This document shows, in pieces, positions 9,925 through 20,085 of a stretch of 64,000 bases of DNA. Source of the DNA: a virus; the IMG/VR virus record IMGVR_UViG_3300043313_001220, positions 1 to 64,000 of that record, one strand, 5' to 3'. The position numbers were made by a program, and so were the translations under genes. Every line of letters begins with the position of its first letter. The stretch's first letter is position 1. The notes below the pieces were generated by a model. That model ran no database searches. It was not told the origin of the DNA and saw only the letters and a list, made by a program, of their open reading frames with translations.

Positions 9925-9968
9925 CTCTATCCTCCTGCGTGTCACGCCCGGGGGCGGGTGTAGCAATC

Positions 9969-10095
9969 AGTCTACCATGGTGGCACGGGACTTGACAAGC
10001 GATGTGGCACGTGGCGTACACCCCCCCGGTGTGGCACGTGTCACACCACGTCGAGTGGCACCCGACTTGACACATCGCGTGTCAGCTGGTAGAGT
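9969..10095. promoter_or_regulatory. divergent promoter/operator region
   Basis: Minus TTGTCA-N18-TAGACT (9998-9969); plus TTGACA-N17-TAGAGT (10067-10095); four GTGGCAC boxes plus GTGTCA boxes. Confidence 0.65.
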
Positions 10096-10145
10096 TATCT
10101 CTATCGGGGCCCGCCCCAGGGCCCCGCCCCCCGAAGGAGCCAGCC

Positions 10146-10793
10146 ATGACGAAGACCCCCGCCGCCGCCAAGGCCCTGAGCAACTGCGCCTGCTCGGAGT
10201 TCGAGATCGGGATCACCACCGAGGAGGACGGCCAGCCGGACTTCGATGGCAGTAACACCGAGTGCTCGTCCACCACACGGCGCGTGTTCTCGCCAGGCCA
10301 TGATGCTCGTCTCAAGTCGCTTCTGATCCGCGCCGGGGTCGAGGGCCTGGAGGTCCGCCACAACAGCGGCATCACCTACGGCGACCCGGTCAGCGCGGCC
10401 CGCCAGTTCGGATTCGCCGAGATGGTTGCCGCCGGCATTCAGCGGAGCATTGCCAAGGCCGCCGCGAAGGCGGAGAAGGCCAACGCCCCGAAGGCGGCCC
10501 GCAAGCCCGCCGCGAAGAAGAACAAGGAGGCCGCCGCCGAGCGGGCCGCCGCCCTGACCGCCAAGATGGCGGAGGTGGCCGGGAAGGTCACGATCGCCGA
10601 GACCCCCGCCCCGGTGGCCGAGCCGATCGTCGAGGCCGCCCCGGAGGTCACGGAGGCCCCCGCCGGCACCGTTCGGATAAAGCTTGGCCGTTGGGAGTAC
10701 AGCGCGACGATCGCCGCGAACGGCGACGCGAACTACTCGGACGCGAAGGGCAACGCCCGGGTCGCGGTCGAGGGCAACTACAAGCTCGCCTGA
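10146..10793 (+). CDS. hypothetical protein (CACS..FSPGHDARLKSLL, Ala/Lys-rich linker)
   Basis: AAGGAG RBS, strong GC3 bias, own promoter and downstream hairpin. Confidence 0.75.
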   Translation: MTKTPAAAKALSNCACSEFEIGITTEEDGQPDFDGSNTECSSTTRRVFSPGHDARLKSLLIRAGVEGLEVRHNSGITYGDPVSAARQFGFAEMVAAGIQRSIAKAAAKAEKANAPKAARKPAAKKNKEAAAERAAALTAKMAEVAGKVTIAETPAPVAEPIVEAAPEVTEAPAGTVRIKLGRWEYSATIAANGDANYSDAKGNARVAVEGNYKLA

Positions 10794-10805
10794 TGACGCC
10801 GGGCC

Positions 10806-10835
10806 GATGGCCACCCCCCACGGGGGGTGGCCATC
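10806..10835 (+). terminator. hairpin terminator
   Basis: GATGGCCACCCCCC..GGGGGGTGGCCATC. Confidence 0.6.
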
Positions 10836-10890
10836 CCCGTATGTCGGTTCACCTCGACGACAGGGTGGTCGGGGTGTTATGCTGGCCGGT

Positions 10891-11352
10891 ATGACGACGA
10901 CCAAGGCCCCCACCGCGACCCCCGAGCTGCATATTGAGCTGCCGCTGCGGGACGAAACCACCCGCCGGATGCGGGGTGTCTTCCCCGACGAGAATCAGCT
11001 GGCCGTGTGGCAGTCCTCCGGCGAGCGGTTCGCCCGGCTCGGCGAAGACTGGACCCGCCGGGAAAAGGCGCTGTCCAACCTGCCGGAAGACGACCAGCGG
11101 GTGGTGGCCTTCCGGCGGGAGCGCGGCCAACAAGCCGGGCGCACCCTCGGACGGGCACTGACCATGTTGAAGTCTGCGCTGGCCGAAGAGCGCGACCACG
11201 ACTGGCTGGAAGACCAGCTGCTGTTCGGGCAGATGGACCTGGGCGAGGCGATGCAGATCATCACCCTGTTGACCGCTGAGCTGGGCAAGGTCAAGCAGGA
11301 GCGCCAGACCGTCAAGAAGGCCGCCGCCGGCAAGGCGAAGCTGGTCGTCTGA
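10891..11352 (+). CDS. putative tail assembly chaperone
   Basis: Helical 153 aa upstream of the tape measure; TGnTATGCT extended -10 just upstream (leaderless). Confidence 0.55.
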   Translation: MTTTKAPTATPELHIELPLRDETTRRMRGVFPDENQLAVWQSSGERFARLGEDWTRREKALSNLPEDDQRVVAFRRERGQQAGRTLGRALTMLKSALAEERDHDWLEDQLLFGQMDLGEAMQIITLLTAELGKVKQERQTVKKAAAGKAKLVV

Positions 11353-11354
11353 CC

Positions 11355-11891
11355 GTGGACATCGACGCGCTCCCGTCGCTGCGGTGCTGGGCGGTCGAGG
11401 TCGACATCGGCGGGGAGGCCTACCGCATCCCACCGCTACCCGCGGCCGACTGGCTGATCGCCATCTCGGCCAGCTTCACCCGGGTGGTGCCGGGGATGCT
11501 GGAAGGCGACATCGAGGACCTGCTCGATCGGGTGTCCTACGGCGATGTGCCGTATGCCGAGGTCCGCGCCGCCAGCCGTGACGCTATCGCCCAGGTGGCC
11601 GGGATGAAGTGGTGGGCCGCCGCGCGGCTGGTGTACTATCTGGGCAGCCACTGGAGCACGATCGGCGGGGCGTTGCTGCTGCGCGGTGCCGACCCGTCGA
11701 CCCACTCGATCGGTGCTGTGCTGACCTCGACCTACCGGGTCCTGCTGGAGAACTGCAAGAACGAGCAGGAGCGGGTCAAGCTGGATTACGAGCTGGAACG
11801 GCCACCCGCCGGTATCCCGATCTCGCAGATGTATGACGCAAACAAGGCGACCGCCAGCTTCATGGCCCTCGCGAACGCGCCGGGCGGCTGA
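11355..11891 (+). CDS. putative tail assembly chaperone 2
   Basis: Position upstream of the tape measure; 178 aa. Confidence 0.5.
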   Translation: MDIDALPSLRCWAVEVDIGGEAYRIPPLPAADWLIAISASFTRVVPGMLEGDIEDLLDRVSYGDVPYAEVRAASRDAIAQVAGMKWWAAARLVYYLGSHWSTIGGALLLRGADPSTHSIGAVLTSTYRVLLENCKNEQERVKLDYELERPPAGIPISQMYDANKATASFMALANAPGG

Positions 11892-12026
11892 TGTGCACCT
11901 GCTCGTGTTGCGAGGACGCCCAGGAGCGGCTGAAGTTCGATCGCGAGCTGCGCGACGCCTGTAGCTGCGCGTGGTACCAGGAAGAAGAGCAATGCGACTG
12001 CAGTTTCTGCCTCTGGGCGGTCTCGA

Positions 12027-12509
12027 TCAACTAGAGATGGTCTTGCGGGCCGCCGCCAGCCACCGCCAGGCGGTCGGGTTCTTTGCGATCCCCCACAGGT
12101 CGGCCACCGCCTGCGCACCACCGCCGGGCCGCCGGGTGCGCATCGCCCAGTCGTGTACGGCCAGCACCCGGACGTAATGGTCGCGGTCCCAAGAGCGCGA
12201 CCCGCGCGACCGCGGCCGCGCGAGCATCCGGTAGTAGATCTCCCCGCCTTGGCCGAACATCTCCGCCGCGGCGACCTGTAGGATCTGCGCGGTCGGCAGC
12301 CTGCCGAGCCGGGCCGCTGTGATGCACATCCCCGGTTCGCGGGCTTCGACCTGCATCCGGTCGATGCAGGCCCGCCCGTCGATGTCGACCACCCACACCC
12401 GTACGATCCAGGGGGCGTGTGGGTCGTCGACGGTGATCGAGCCGTCCGGGTCCTGCGACACCTGCGCCCGGTCGACGTCCAACAGCGGCTGGACCGGCCT
12501 GCGGGTCAC
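12027..12509 (-). CDS. hypothetical protein, C-terminal HTH-like (AVADLWGIAKNPTAWRWLAAAR)
   Basis: GTGA overlap; motif. Confidence 0.55.
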   Translation of the reverse strand: MTRRPVQPLLDVDRAQVSQDPDGSITVDDPHAPWIVRVWVVDIDGRACIDRMQVEAREPGMCITAARLGRLPTAQILQVAAAEMFGQGGEIYYRMLARPRSRGSRSWDRDHYVRVLAVHDWAMRTRRPGGGAQAVADLWGIAKNPTAWRWLAAARKTISS

Positions 12510-12802
12510 CAGTACACCACCCACCATGACGCGGCCATCGCCAGCGAGACGGCCAGGGCGAACGCGACGACCATCCGGGCGCAGCCTTTCCGGCCTCCGA
12601 TCTCGCTGACGGCTCTCGCCTCAACCCGGGGATATTCCACCTCGTCGGGCAGCAACGACACTCCCCGGCTCGCCAGCCGCGCGGCACGGCGGGGACAGCG
12701 CGGGCGATGCCGGTGGTTGATGCTGCAACAGGTGCCCTGGTCGCAGCGCTCGAACGCGGTCTGCCAACGTTCGCGCTCGTCCGGGTCGATTGATTGGCTC
12801 AC
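12506..12802 (-). CDS. hypothetical membrane protein
   Basis: GTGA overlaps on both sides; C-terminal TM helix. Confidence 0.5.
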   Translation of the reverse strand: MSQSIDPDERERWQTAFERCDQGTCCSINHRHRPRCPRRAARLASRGVSLLPDEVEYPRVEARAVSEIGGRKGCARMVVAFALAVSLAMAASWWVVYW

Positions 12803-13311
12803 GATCGGGTGCCCGCCCGGTGCAGCACGGTGTCGACCCCGGCGATGATGGTGACGTTGACCCTGGGTAGCAGTGATTGCAACCGGGCGCTCATCTGGTC
12901 GACCTCCCCAGGGGGGATGTCGCGGTCGGCGGTGACGAACATCAGCTCGTCGCCGCCATGCAGGTGCACGACAGTTGCCCCCGCCCGGCCGAGCTGCGCC
13001 ATCGCAATGGCGGTCGCTGCCTGGTCGCGGTTGCGCTGGTAGAGCTCCCACAGCTCATCCGGCATCGGGACCCTCAGGTCAAACCAGCCGCTCAGGTAGA
13101 TGTGGGGGCGTCCGAGCATCCGGTTCTCCTGCTCGCGGTCCCACTTCGCCATCCGCTCGATCCGCATCTGGCCGTCGCGCAGCTCGATCGCTGGCCACAT
13201 CGGGATCTGGTCCATCTCAATGCCGTTGGACTCCAGCCACAGGCGCATCGGGTCGTTTACATCGGGGGTGTAGCCGGCACACCCGGCCAGCTCAGATTCT
13301 GTCGTTGTCAC
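12799..13311 (-). CDS. hypothetical protein
   Basis: GTG start just after a TATGAT -10 box; 170 aa. Confidence 0.55.
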   Translation of the reverse strand: MTTTESELAGCAGYTPDVNDPMRLWLESNGIEMDQIPMWPAIELRDGQMRIERMAKWDREQENRMLGRPHIYLSGWFDLRVPMPDELWELYQRNRDQAATAIAMAQLGRAGATVVHLHGGDELMFVTADRDIPPGEVDQMSARLQSLLPRVNVTIIAGVDTVLHRAGTRS

Positions 13312-13369
13312 GAAGTGATCATACCACGGAGCTCGCGTCTGACGCACACATGCCTGTACGGTTGGGGAC

Positions 13370-16012
13370 ATGACCCAGCCCGGCCGTGCGGGACGCGCCT
13401 CGATCGAGATCGTCGGCGATGTCTCCAAGCTCGGCCGGCAGCTGGAGCGCGACGCGCAACGTGCCGTCAGCGACATCGACCTGGACACCTCCAACCTGTC
13501 CAAGCAGATCGGCGATGGGTTCAAAGATGGTGTCGCCGAGGCGGTCGAGAGTCTAGAGGAGATCGACCCGGCGGCGGCCCTGGCGTCAGACAACCTCGTC
13601 GACCGGTTCAGGGGGGCCGCCGACGAGATCGCAGACGCCTTCGACCGCACGGGTGACCGCGTTCGGAACACCTTTGACAGGAACCGGAAGGACTCCGACC
13701 GGCTGTTCGACAGCATCGGCGAGAACGCCCGGGACACGGGTGAGGATGTAAAAACCAACCTGCTGCGGCCGTTGACCTCCGGTTTCAGCCGACTCGGCGA
13801 GACTATCACGTCAGCGGGGTCGGCCCTGGTCGGTTTCGCAGTGACCGGCACCAACCCGGCGGGTCTGCTCTCGCTGGCCGCCAACGCAGCGGCGGTGGCC
13901 GCCGCCACCCCGGTGATCATCGGACTCGCGGCAGCGCTGGCCGACCTGGCCGGTGTCGTAACACTGCTGCCCGGGGTGATCGGTGCCCTGTCCGCATCTC
14001 TGATCGTCGGCATCGTTGCCTTCCAGGGCTTCGGCGACGCCATCAGTGCGGTTATTGCCGGTGACCCGGAGAAGATCGCCGAGGCGATGGAACGGCTGGC
14101 CCCCGCAGCCCGCACAGTCGTCCGGGAGTTCGAACGTGTCCTACCGCTGTTCCGACAGCTCGGCGACGAGATCCAGCAGGGATTCTTCGGTCAGCTGACC
14201 GGCATCGTCCAGCGGTTCGGCGAGACCGCCCTGCCGCGGCTGCGCAGTGAGTTGCTGACGCTGTCGGCAGTGATGGGCCGTGCGTTCGGCGACCTGGGCG
14301 ACCTGATCACCGCCACCGAGAACGTGTCGATTCTCGAACGCCTGATCATCTCGACCGCCCGGGTGACCAGCGATCTGGGCGCTGCGTTCACCAACCTGGG
14401 TCAGGCGTTCTTCAACGCTATCGACGCCGGGCTGCCGTCGCTGGAGACGCTGTCCACACGGCTCGCCGATGCCATCACGAACTTCGCGAATTTCATCAAC
14501 GCCTCGATCGCCGACGGGTCCTTCCAAGCGTTCCTGGACGACGCGATCGCCACCCTCGACGAGCTGCTGGCGCTCGGCGGGGCGGTCGGCGAGCTGCTCG
14601 GGGTCCTGTTCACCGGCACTGACGACGCGGGCCGCAGTTTCATCGCCACGCTGACCGACCTCACCAAGCGGCTGACCGAGTTCTTCAAGAGCGCCGAAGG
14701 TCAAGACGCGCTCGAAGATTTCGGCGAGATCATGGCCGCGGTCGGGATCATTCTCGGGGTCGGCTTCAACATCCTGCGCGACCTGATCGACCTCTTCACC
14801 GAGCTGGATGACATCGTCAACGCGACGATCGAGACGGTGCAGGCGCTCGGCCTCGGGATGGCCGAAGCCTGGGACATCATCACGGGCGCGGTGTCTACCG
14901 GAGTCAGCGCGGTCGGACAGTTCTTCACCGACCTCGGGTCGGACATCGCCGATATCTGGGATGACACCGTGGGGGTGATCTCCGGCGCGATCGACACCGT
15001 AGTGGCGTTCGTCTCGGCACTGCCCGGACGCATCGGCGCGTTCATCGAGTCGATCCCCGGCAGGGTGAGAACCGCGCTGGATGCCATGGTCGATCTGATT
15101 ATCGATATCCTCGGCACCGCGATCGCCACCGTGATCGTATTCTTCACCGATATGCCGGGTCAGGTCATCGGGGCGCTGACCGCGTTCCTGGTCGCGGTCC
15201 GCGATGTGTTCATCGGGGCCCGCGACGAGGCGGTCGGCTCGCTGACCAGCATCGGCACCTTCATTGAATCGATTCCCGGATTGTTGGCCGGGGCCTGGGA
15301 AGCTGTCGTGCGGCAGGTGGTGTCGACATTCACCATCGTGAAGGATTTCATCACCGCCGCCTGGGAGGCGATCATCCTGTTCATCTCCAGCATCCCCGGG
15401 CGGGTCGGGGCGTTCTTCCAGCAGATGAACGACGCCGTGGTGGCCCGAGTGACCTCCCTCGTGGAGTTCGTCAAGGGCATCCCCGGTCAGGTGCTCGCGG
15501 CGGTCGGCAACCTGGGGCGGCTACTGTACAACGCCGGGGCGAACGTTATCCAGGGTCTGATCGACGGGATCAGCTCCCGGATTGGCCAACTGCGCGACAA
15601 GATCTCCAGCGCGGTCCAGGAGATCCGTGACCATTTGCCGTTCTCACCCGCGAAGAAAGGCCCGTTGTCGGGCAGCGGCAGCCCCCAACGTGCGGGTGCG
15701 GCCATCGGGTCGATGATCGCCTCCGGTCTGGACAGCCAGCTGGCGTCGATCGCCGGGGCCGCTGGCCGTGCCGCCGACGCGGCGGGGATCTCGTTGTCGC
15801 CGCTGGGCGACGCGGGCGTGACACCCCTGGCGTCGCCGCTACCGGGCCAACGCGGGACGGTGTTGTCCCCGGTGTCGGAGCGTACTGACGAGCAGCTGGT
15901 CGTCCTGGTCACCATCGGCGGGGAGGAGGTCTTCGCGATCATCGACAAGAGGGTCGAGGCGGCGGTCAGCACTGAGGTCCGCCGTCTGGTGGCCGGAACC
16001 CGGGGGATCTGA
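13370..16012 (+). CDS. tape measure protein
   Basis: 880 aa Ala/Leu-rich amphipathic repeats; C-terminal G.NVIQGLIDGI..LPFSPAKKGPL motif. Confidence 0.9.
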   Translation: MTQPGRAGRASIEIVGDVSKLGRQLERDAQRAVSDIDLDTSNLSKQIGDGFKDGVAEAVESLEEIDPAAALASDNLVDRFRGAADEIADAFDRTGDRVRNTFDRNRKDSDRLFDSIGENARDTGEDVKTNLLRPLTSGFSRLGETITSAGSALVGFAVTGTNPAGLLSLAANAAAVAAATPVIIGLAAALADLAGVVTLLPGVIGALSASLIVGIVAFQGFGDAISAVIAGDPEKIAEAMERLAPAARTVVREFERVLPLFRQLGDEIQQGFFGQLTGIVQRFGETALPRLRSELLTLSAVMGRAFGDLGDLITATENVSILERLIISTARVTSDLGAAFTNLGQAFFNAIDAGLPSLETLSTRLADAITNFANFINASIADGSFQAFLDDAIATLDELLALGGAVGELLGVLFTGTDDAGRSFIATLTDLTKRLTEFFKSAEGQDALEDFGEIMAAVGIILGVGFNILRDLIDLFTELDDIVNATIETVQALGLGMAEAWDIITGAVSTGVSAVGQFFTDLGSDIADIWDDTVGVISGAIDTVVAFVSALPGRIGAFIESIPGRVRTALDAMVDLIIDILGTAIATVIVFFTDMPGQVIGALTAFLVAVRDVFIGARDEAVGSLTSIGTFIESIPGLLAGAWEAVVRQVVSTFTIVKDFITAAWEAIILFISSIPGRVGAFFQQMNDAVVARVTSLVEFVKGIPGQVLAAVGNLGRLLYNAGANVIQGLIDGISSRIGQLRDKISSAVQEIRDHLPFSPAKKGPLSGSGSPQRAGAAIGSMIASGLDSQLASIAGAAGRAADAAGISLSPLGDAGVTPLASPLPGQRGTVLSPVSERTDEQLVVLVTIGGEEVFAIIDKRVEAAVSTEVRRLVAGTRGI

Positions 16013-17649
16013 TGCCGATCATCGCCGCCTACACCGACCACCCGACACGGCCGTACGTGCGGGTGGAGATCAACTGGGCGGACGTACCCGCGGCCAACTA
16101 TGCCGGGGTCTCGCGGGTCGACGTCGAGACCGGCGAGTGCACCGAGCTGCGCCCCTACGTCTGCTACCTGGGCAACGAGCTGCTGCTGTCGTGCGGTCAT
16201 GGGACCTTCTGGGACACCGAGGCCCCGTTCGACCGGCCGTTCTATTACGTCACCACCAGCAGCGAGGCCCCGTGCATCCCGGCCCCGCTGTCGCAGACGT
16301 CGGTGGTCTACGACCCGTTCACCCGAACCTTGGCCGATCAGTGGGGGGTCGCGGACACCTTGCAGCCCTACACCGAGCTGGCCGGTGTCGATACCCAATA
16401 TGACGTCAACGGCAGTCGCGGCCTGATCACCCCCGACGCCCTGGCCGGCAACCGCTACGCCCTGCTGAACACGGGGCTCACCGACTACACCGCGCGGATC
16501 AACCTGACGTCCCAGACCATCCCGGTCGGTGGCGACATCGGAGCCTATGGCCTCAACGCACGCTGGGTGAACGACAACAACTACATCCGGGTCGGCCTCA
16601 ACTGCACCAGCGCCGATGCTGTCGGGATCTTCGTGACGCAGGTCGTTGCCGGGGTGGCCACCGCCACCTCCACCAGTATCGGGTTGTCGTTCGCTGACGT
16701 CAACACGGTGGAGATCCAGTTGGAGGGGGCCCAGATCCGGGTGCGGGCGTGGCGCACCGTCCTGACACCACCCACCACATGGGCCATCGACATCCCGATC
16801 ATCGACGCGGTCCTGCTCACCAGCACGATGCTCGGGGCCCACGCCCGCCGCGATGCCGGCAACACCGCCCCGACGATCCTCAGCTTCGACGAGTTCATCG
16901 TCAATGAAGGATGTGCGGACTGCACCCCCGTGAGCGTCAACACCAGCTTGAGCCCGATCACCCTCGTCAATGACGGGCGGTTCTGGCTGAAAGACCCGGT
17001 GCGGCCATGCAGCGACCAACCGGTGCCGCTGTGCGCCTCGGGGGCACCAGTGCTGCCCGGTTGTGCCGGGGAGGACGGTGACATCACGTTCGTGGAGATC
17101 GGCGCGGAGATCTACGCCGACAACAGTCTGCGGCTGCGCCCGATGAACCGCCGCCGGGTCCAGGCGATCACCCGGCCACGGTCGGACGTGACCACCTCGC
17201 TGGTGCTGGAGACGACCACCTTCACCGCCCGGGACGAGGTGCTGGAGCTGGTCGCCCCCGGCACCCCGCTACTGTTCCAGGGCCCCAGCGAGTACGGCGT
17301 GCCGGACCGCTACATGGCGATCGGCCCGGTCAACATTGAGCGGCAGGTGTCGGACCACCGGATCCAGTTCCGCAAGGTCACCATGCCATACGATTCGGTC
17401 GACAGGCCCGCCGGACCGAGCCAGGGCGTCTGCGGCACCCGCGTGGCCGACATCTGCGCGCTATACCCGACCTGGGATGACCTCGCGGCGACCGGCTTCA
17501 CCTGGGATGACCTGGTGCGCGGCGTGGCCGACCCGGCAATCGCCAACCCGGACCGGCGCACCTGGGATGACGTCGACGTCGAGTTCACCGACTGGAACGA
17601 CGTCGAAGCCGGGGGCCGCACCTGGACCGGTCTGCTGGAGGGTGACTGA
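16012..17649 (+). CDS. minor tail protein (Dit-like with inserted domain)
   Basis: Follows the tape measure with TGATG coupling; DTEAP..YYV and C-terminal TWDDL repeats. Confidence 0.75.
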   Translation: MPIIAAYTDHPTRPYVRVEINWADVPAANYAGVSRVDVETGECTELRPYVCYLGNELLLSCGHGTFWDTEAPFDRPFYYVTTSSEAPCIPAPLSQTSVVYDPFTRTLADQWGVADTLQPYTELAGVDTQYDVNGSRGLITPDALAGNRYALLNTGLTDYTARINLTSQTIPVGGDIGAYGLNARWVNDNNYIRVGLNCTSADAVGIFVTQVVAGVATATSTSIGLSFADVNTVEIQLEGAQIRVRAWRTVLTPPTTWAIDIPIIDAVLLTSTMLGAHARRDAGNTAPTILSFDEFIVNEGCADCTPVSVNTSLSPITLVNDGRFWLKDPVRPCSDQPVPLCASGAPVLPGCAGEDGDITFVEIGAEIYADNSLRLRPMNRRRVQAITRPRSDVTTSLVLETTTFTARDEVLELVAPGTPLLFQGPSEYGVPDRYMAIGPVNIERQVSDHRIQFRKVTMPYDSVDRPAGPSQGVCGTRVADICALYPTWDDLAATGFTWDDLVRGVADPAIANPDRRTWDDVDVEFTDWNDVEAGGRTWTGLLEGD

Positions 17650-18764
17650 TGCTCGCCCGTGGGCTCGACCCGATGTACCGCAAGGCTCTTGCGACCTCCC
17701 ACCAGGCGTACGTCAAGGTGGAGGTGCTCGACGGTCTCCAGAACGTCCTGGTGCCCGACCTGGTGTTCATCAGCGGCGAGGTGACGGCGACACTCACATC
17801 TCGGATCTCACGTACCTGTTTGCTCTCGGTGGCCGAAGATCTATATCCGTTCAACGTCGATGACCTGCTCGCCCCCTATGGCAACATGATCCGGGCCACC
17901 CGGGGGATCGAGTTCGCGGACGGCAGCCACTTCGCCTGGGTGGTGTTCGTCGGGCGCATCCAGGATGCGGCGCTCAACGACGACGGCACCTGTACAGTCC
18001 GGGCTGACGACTTCGCGGCCGATGTGCTGGAGAACCGGTTCGTCCACCCGGAGAACTCGCAGCCGTCCAACTCGGCCACCGACGAGACGATCCGCCTGAT
18101 CACCGAGGGATTCGCCCAGGCGCAATTCGGACAGGTGGACGTCTTCGCCGATCCGGTCCGGGCACGCACCTGGCAGCTGGACCGGGGGCAGGCACTCGAC
18201 GAGATCACCACTTCGGTCGGGGCGTTCTGGTATCCGGTTGCCAACGGCGAGTTCACCCTGCGCCGCTACCCGTGGACGGTCCCCGGGGCCCCGGTGGTGA
18301 CCTACAGCGACACCGGGGTGCTCGGCAGCGTGTCCGGCTCCCGGGCGGCCCGGTCGCGGTCGGACGTCTACAACAGCTTGACGGTCACCGGCGAGCGGCT
18401 CAACGGCGACCCGCCGGTCTACGCCCTGGCGCAGGATGCCAATCCGGCATCCACGACCTATGTCGACGGCAACTTCGGACGCCGGCACCAGATGCTGCGT
18501 CTGCAGACCCCCGGCAGCGCGGGGGCGGCCCAGGGCGCGGCCAACGAGAACCTTAAACGGCTCATCGGCCTGGTCGACGCCTGGACATGGACGATGACCC
18601 CCGATGCGGCGCTAGAGCTGGGGGATGTGGCGCAGCTCGATGTGCGGGGGCGGACGGGGATCGTCCAGGTGGTGGCCGGATTCCGAATGCCACTTGGTCT
18701 GTCCGGGGCGATGCAGGTTGTCGGTCGGGCGCAGGTCGTAGACATCCTGGAGGGGGTGGAGTAA
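17649..18764 (+). CDS. minor tail protein (baseplate hub/DUF5047-like)
   Basis: LAPYG..I...RGI and VYN.LTVTGE motifs. Confidence 0.75.
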   Translation: MLARGLDPMYRKALATSHQAYVKVEVLDGLQNVLVPDLVFISGEVTATLTSRISRTCLLSVAEDLYPFNVDDLLAPYGNMIRATRGIEFADGSHFAWVVFVGRIQDAALNDDGTCTVRADDFAADVLENRFVHPENSQPSNSATDETIRLITEGFAQAQFGQVDVFADPVRARTWQLDRGQALDEITTSVGAFWYPVANGEFTLRRYPWTVPGAPVVTYSDTGVLGSVSGSRAARSRSDVYNSLTVTGERLNGDPPVYALAQDANPASTTYVDGNFGRRHQMLRLQTPGSAGAAQGAANENLKRLIGLVDAWTWTMTPDAALELGDVAQLDVRGRTGIVQVVAGFRMPLGLSGAMQVVGRAQVVDILEGVE

Positions 18765-19429
18765 TGGTTGCGTACACGGCGGAATACTGTCTGCCGTACT
18801 TCGAGGGCAGCGACAGCCCGTGCGTCGACACAGGGGAGATCTGCGCGCCCTCAACCGTCTGGTGCGACATGGCGGCAAAGATCGACGAGGCGTTCACCGC
18901 CTTCGACGAGACGATCAGCCGGGCGGTCGACTCGTTCCCCTACGCGCAGGTCGCGGTGTCGGACGCGCCGGTCACCATCGTCGGGGGCGTCAGCAACCTG
19001 GTCACAACGCTGGTGCTCTGGGACACGGTGGTTGGCGATTCTGACGGCATGGTGGACCTGGGAGTCGACGCGAGCACAGTCAACCTACGTCGCTCGGGGA
19101 TCTGGAATCTGAACGCCATCGTCGTCTGGCGCGATGACATCAACGACACCGACCTGCGGGTCCGGCTCGTCCACCCGGGACTCCCCAAGATCAACGTGCC
19201 CATCAGCACCGTCGGAGAGACCTGGGTCGACCCGGTCCCGGACCCGGGCTCATTCCTCGGGCCGACCCTCGGCCTGTCGAACGTGATGGACATGTTCTGT
19301 CCAGTCGACGTGTCTACCGGGCCGGTGCCGCTCCAGATCGAGCTGGAGATATTCTCCAGCGTGGGCGGCCACGACACGACCGTCGAAGTGTGCCGGTTCT
19401 CCGCCCGTTGGGTGGCCGACCTCCCATGA
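18764..19429 (+). CDS. minor tail protein
   Basis: TAATG coupling; YCLPY N-terminus. Confidence 0.65.
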   Translation: MVAYTAEYCLPYFEGSDSPCVDTGEICAPSTVWCDMAAKIDEAFTAFDETISRAVDSFPYAQVAVSDAPVTIVGGVSNLVTTLVLWDTVVGDSDGMVDLGVDASTVNLRRSGIWNLNAIVVWRDDINDTDLRVRLVHPGLPKINVPISTVGETWVDPVPDPGSFLGPTLGLSNVMDMFCPVDVSTGPVPLQIELEIFSSVGGHDTTVEVCRFSARWVADLP

Positions 19430-20076
19430 CCGAGCTGATCGGAACCCACGAGATCCCCTGCCTGTCCGACACCGACTACGCCGCCTACGCGCTGTACATG
19501 AGATGCGTGGCGGAGCAGGTGGAGGCGCAGCTGGTGGCCAACCAGGAGGCCGCCAGCACGGTGCTGCACCGCCCGGTGCGGGTGTGGTTCTACAACGACT
19601 CGTTCGCGGACGGAGGCGGGGGTGCCTCCGATAGCGTGAGCGGACTGCAGTACAGCCTCAACTACCCTGCGACCTTCGGCGATACCTCCCTGTCCACCCT
19701 GAACATGCGCGGGTGGTGGCGGATCGGGATGCTGCTGCGCGCGACCAGCAGCGCCCCGATCCTGAACAACGCCCGGATCGCCAATCTGGCGATCTTCCCG
19801 CCGAACACCCCCTCCAGTCTGCGCACCCTTGACGGTGGCCCGTGGGTGCTCAACCTGCAAGACATCACATGGGAGTCGAACACCGGCAACGGCGAGACCC
19901 TGTACAGCAGCGGCGAGATCTTCAACCCAGGAGACCCCACCGCCGGTCCGAACGACTTCGGGATGCGCATGCGACAGTCGATGAGCGTCGAGAACAACGC
20001 GGGCGCGGAGACCGTGACGGTCAGCGGCATCTACTGGGCGATCTACCTCGGCGACACCCCGTCGATCGACATCTAG
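19426..20076 (+). CDS. minor tail protein
   Basis: ATGA coupling. Confidence 0.65.
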   Translation: MTELIGTHEIPCLSDTDYAAYALYMRCVAEQVEAQLVANQEAASTVLHRPVRVWFYNDSFADGGGGASDSVSGLQYSLNYPATFGDTSLSTLNMRGWWRIGMLLRATSSAPILNNARIANLAIFPPNTPSSLRTLDGGPWVLNLQDITWESNTGNGETLYSSGEIFNPGDPTAGPNDFGMRMRQSMSVENNAGAETVTVSGIYWAIYLGDTPSIDI

Positions 20077-20085
20077 GAGGCGGCC

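Noticed and set aside
10891-11891. Programmed frameshift between the tail chaperones
   Set aside because: No convincing slippery heptamer; the second ORF has its own start 2 nt after the first stop.
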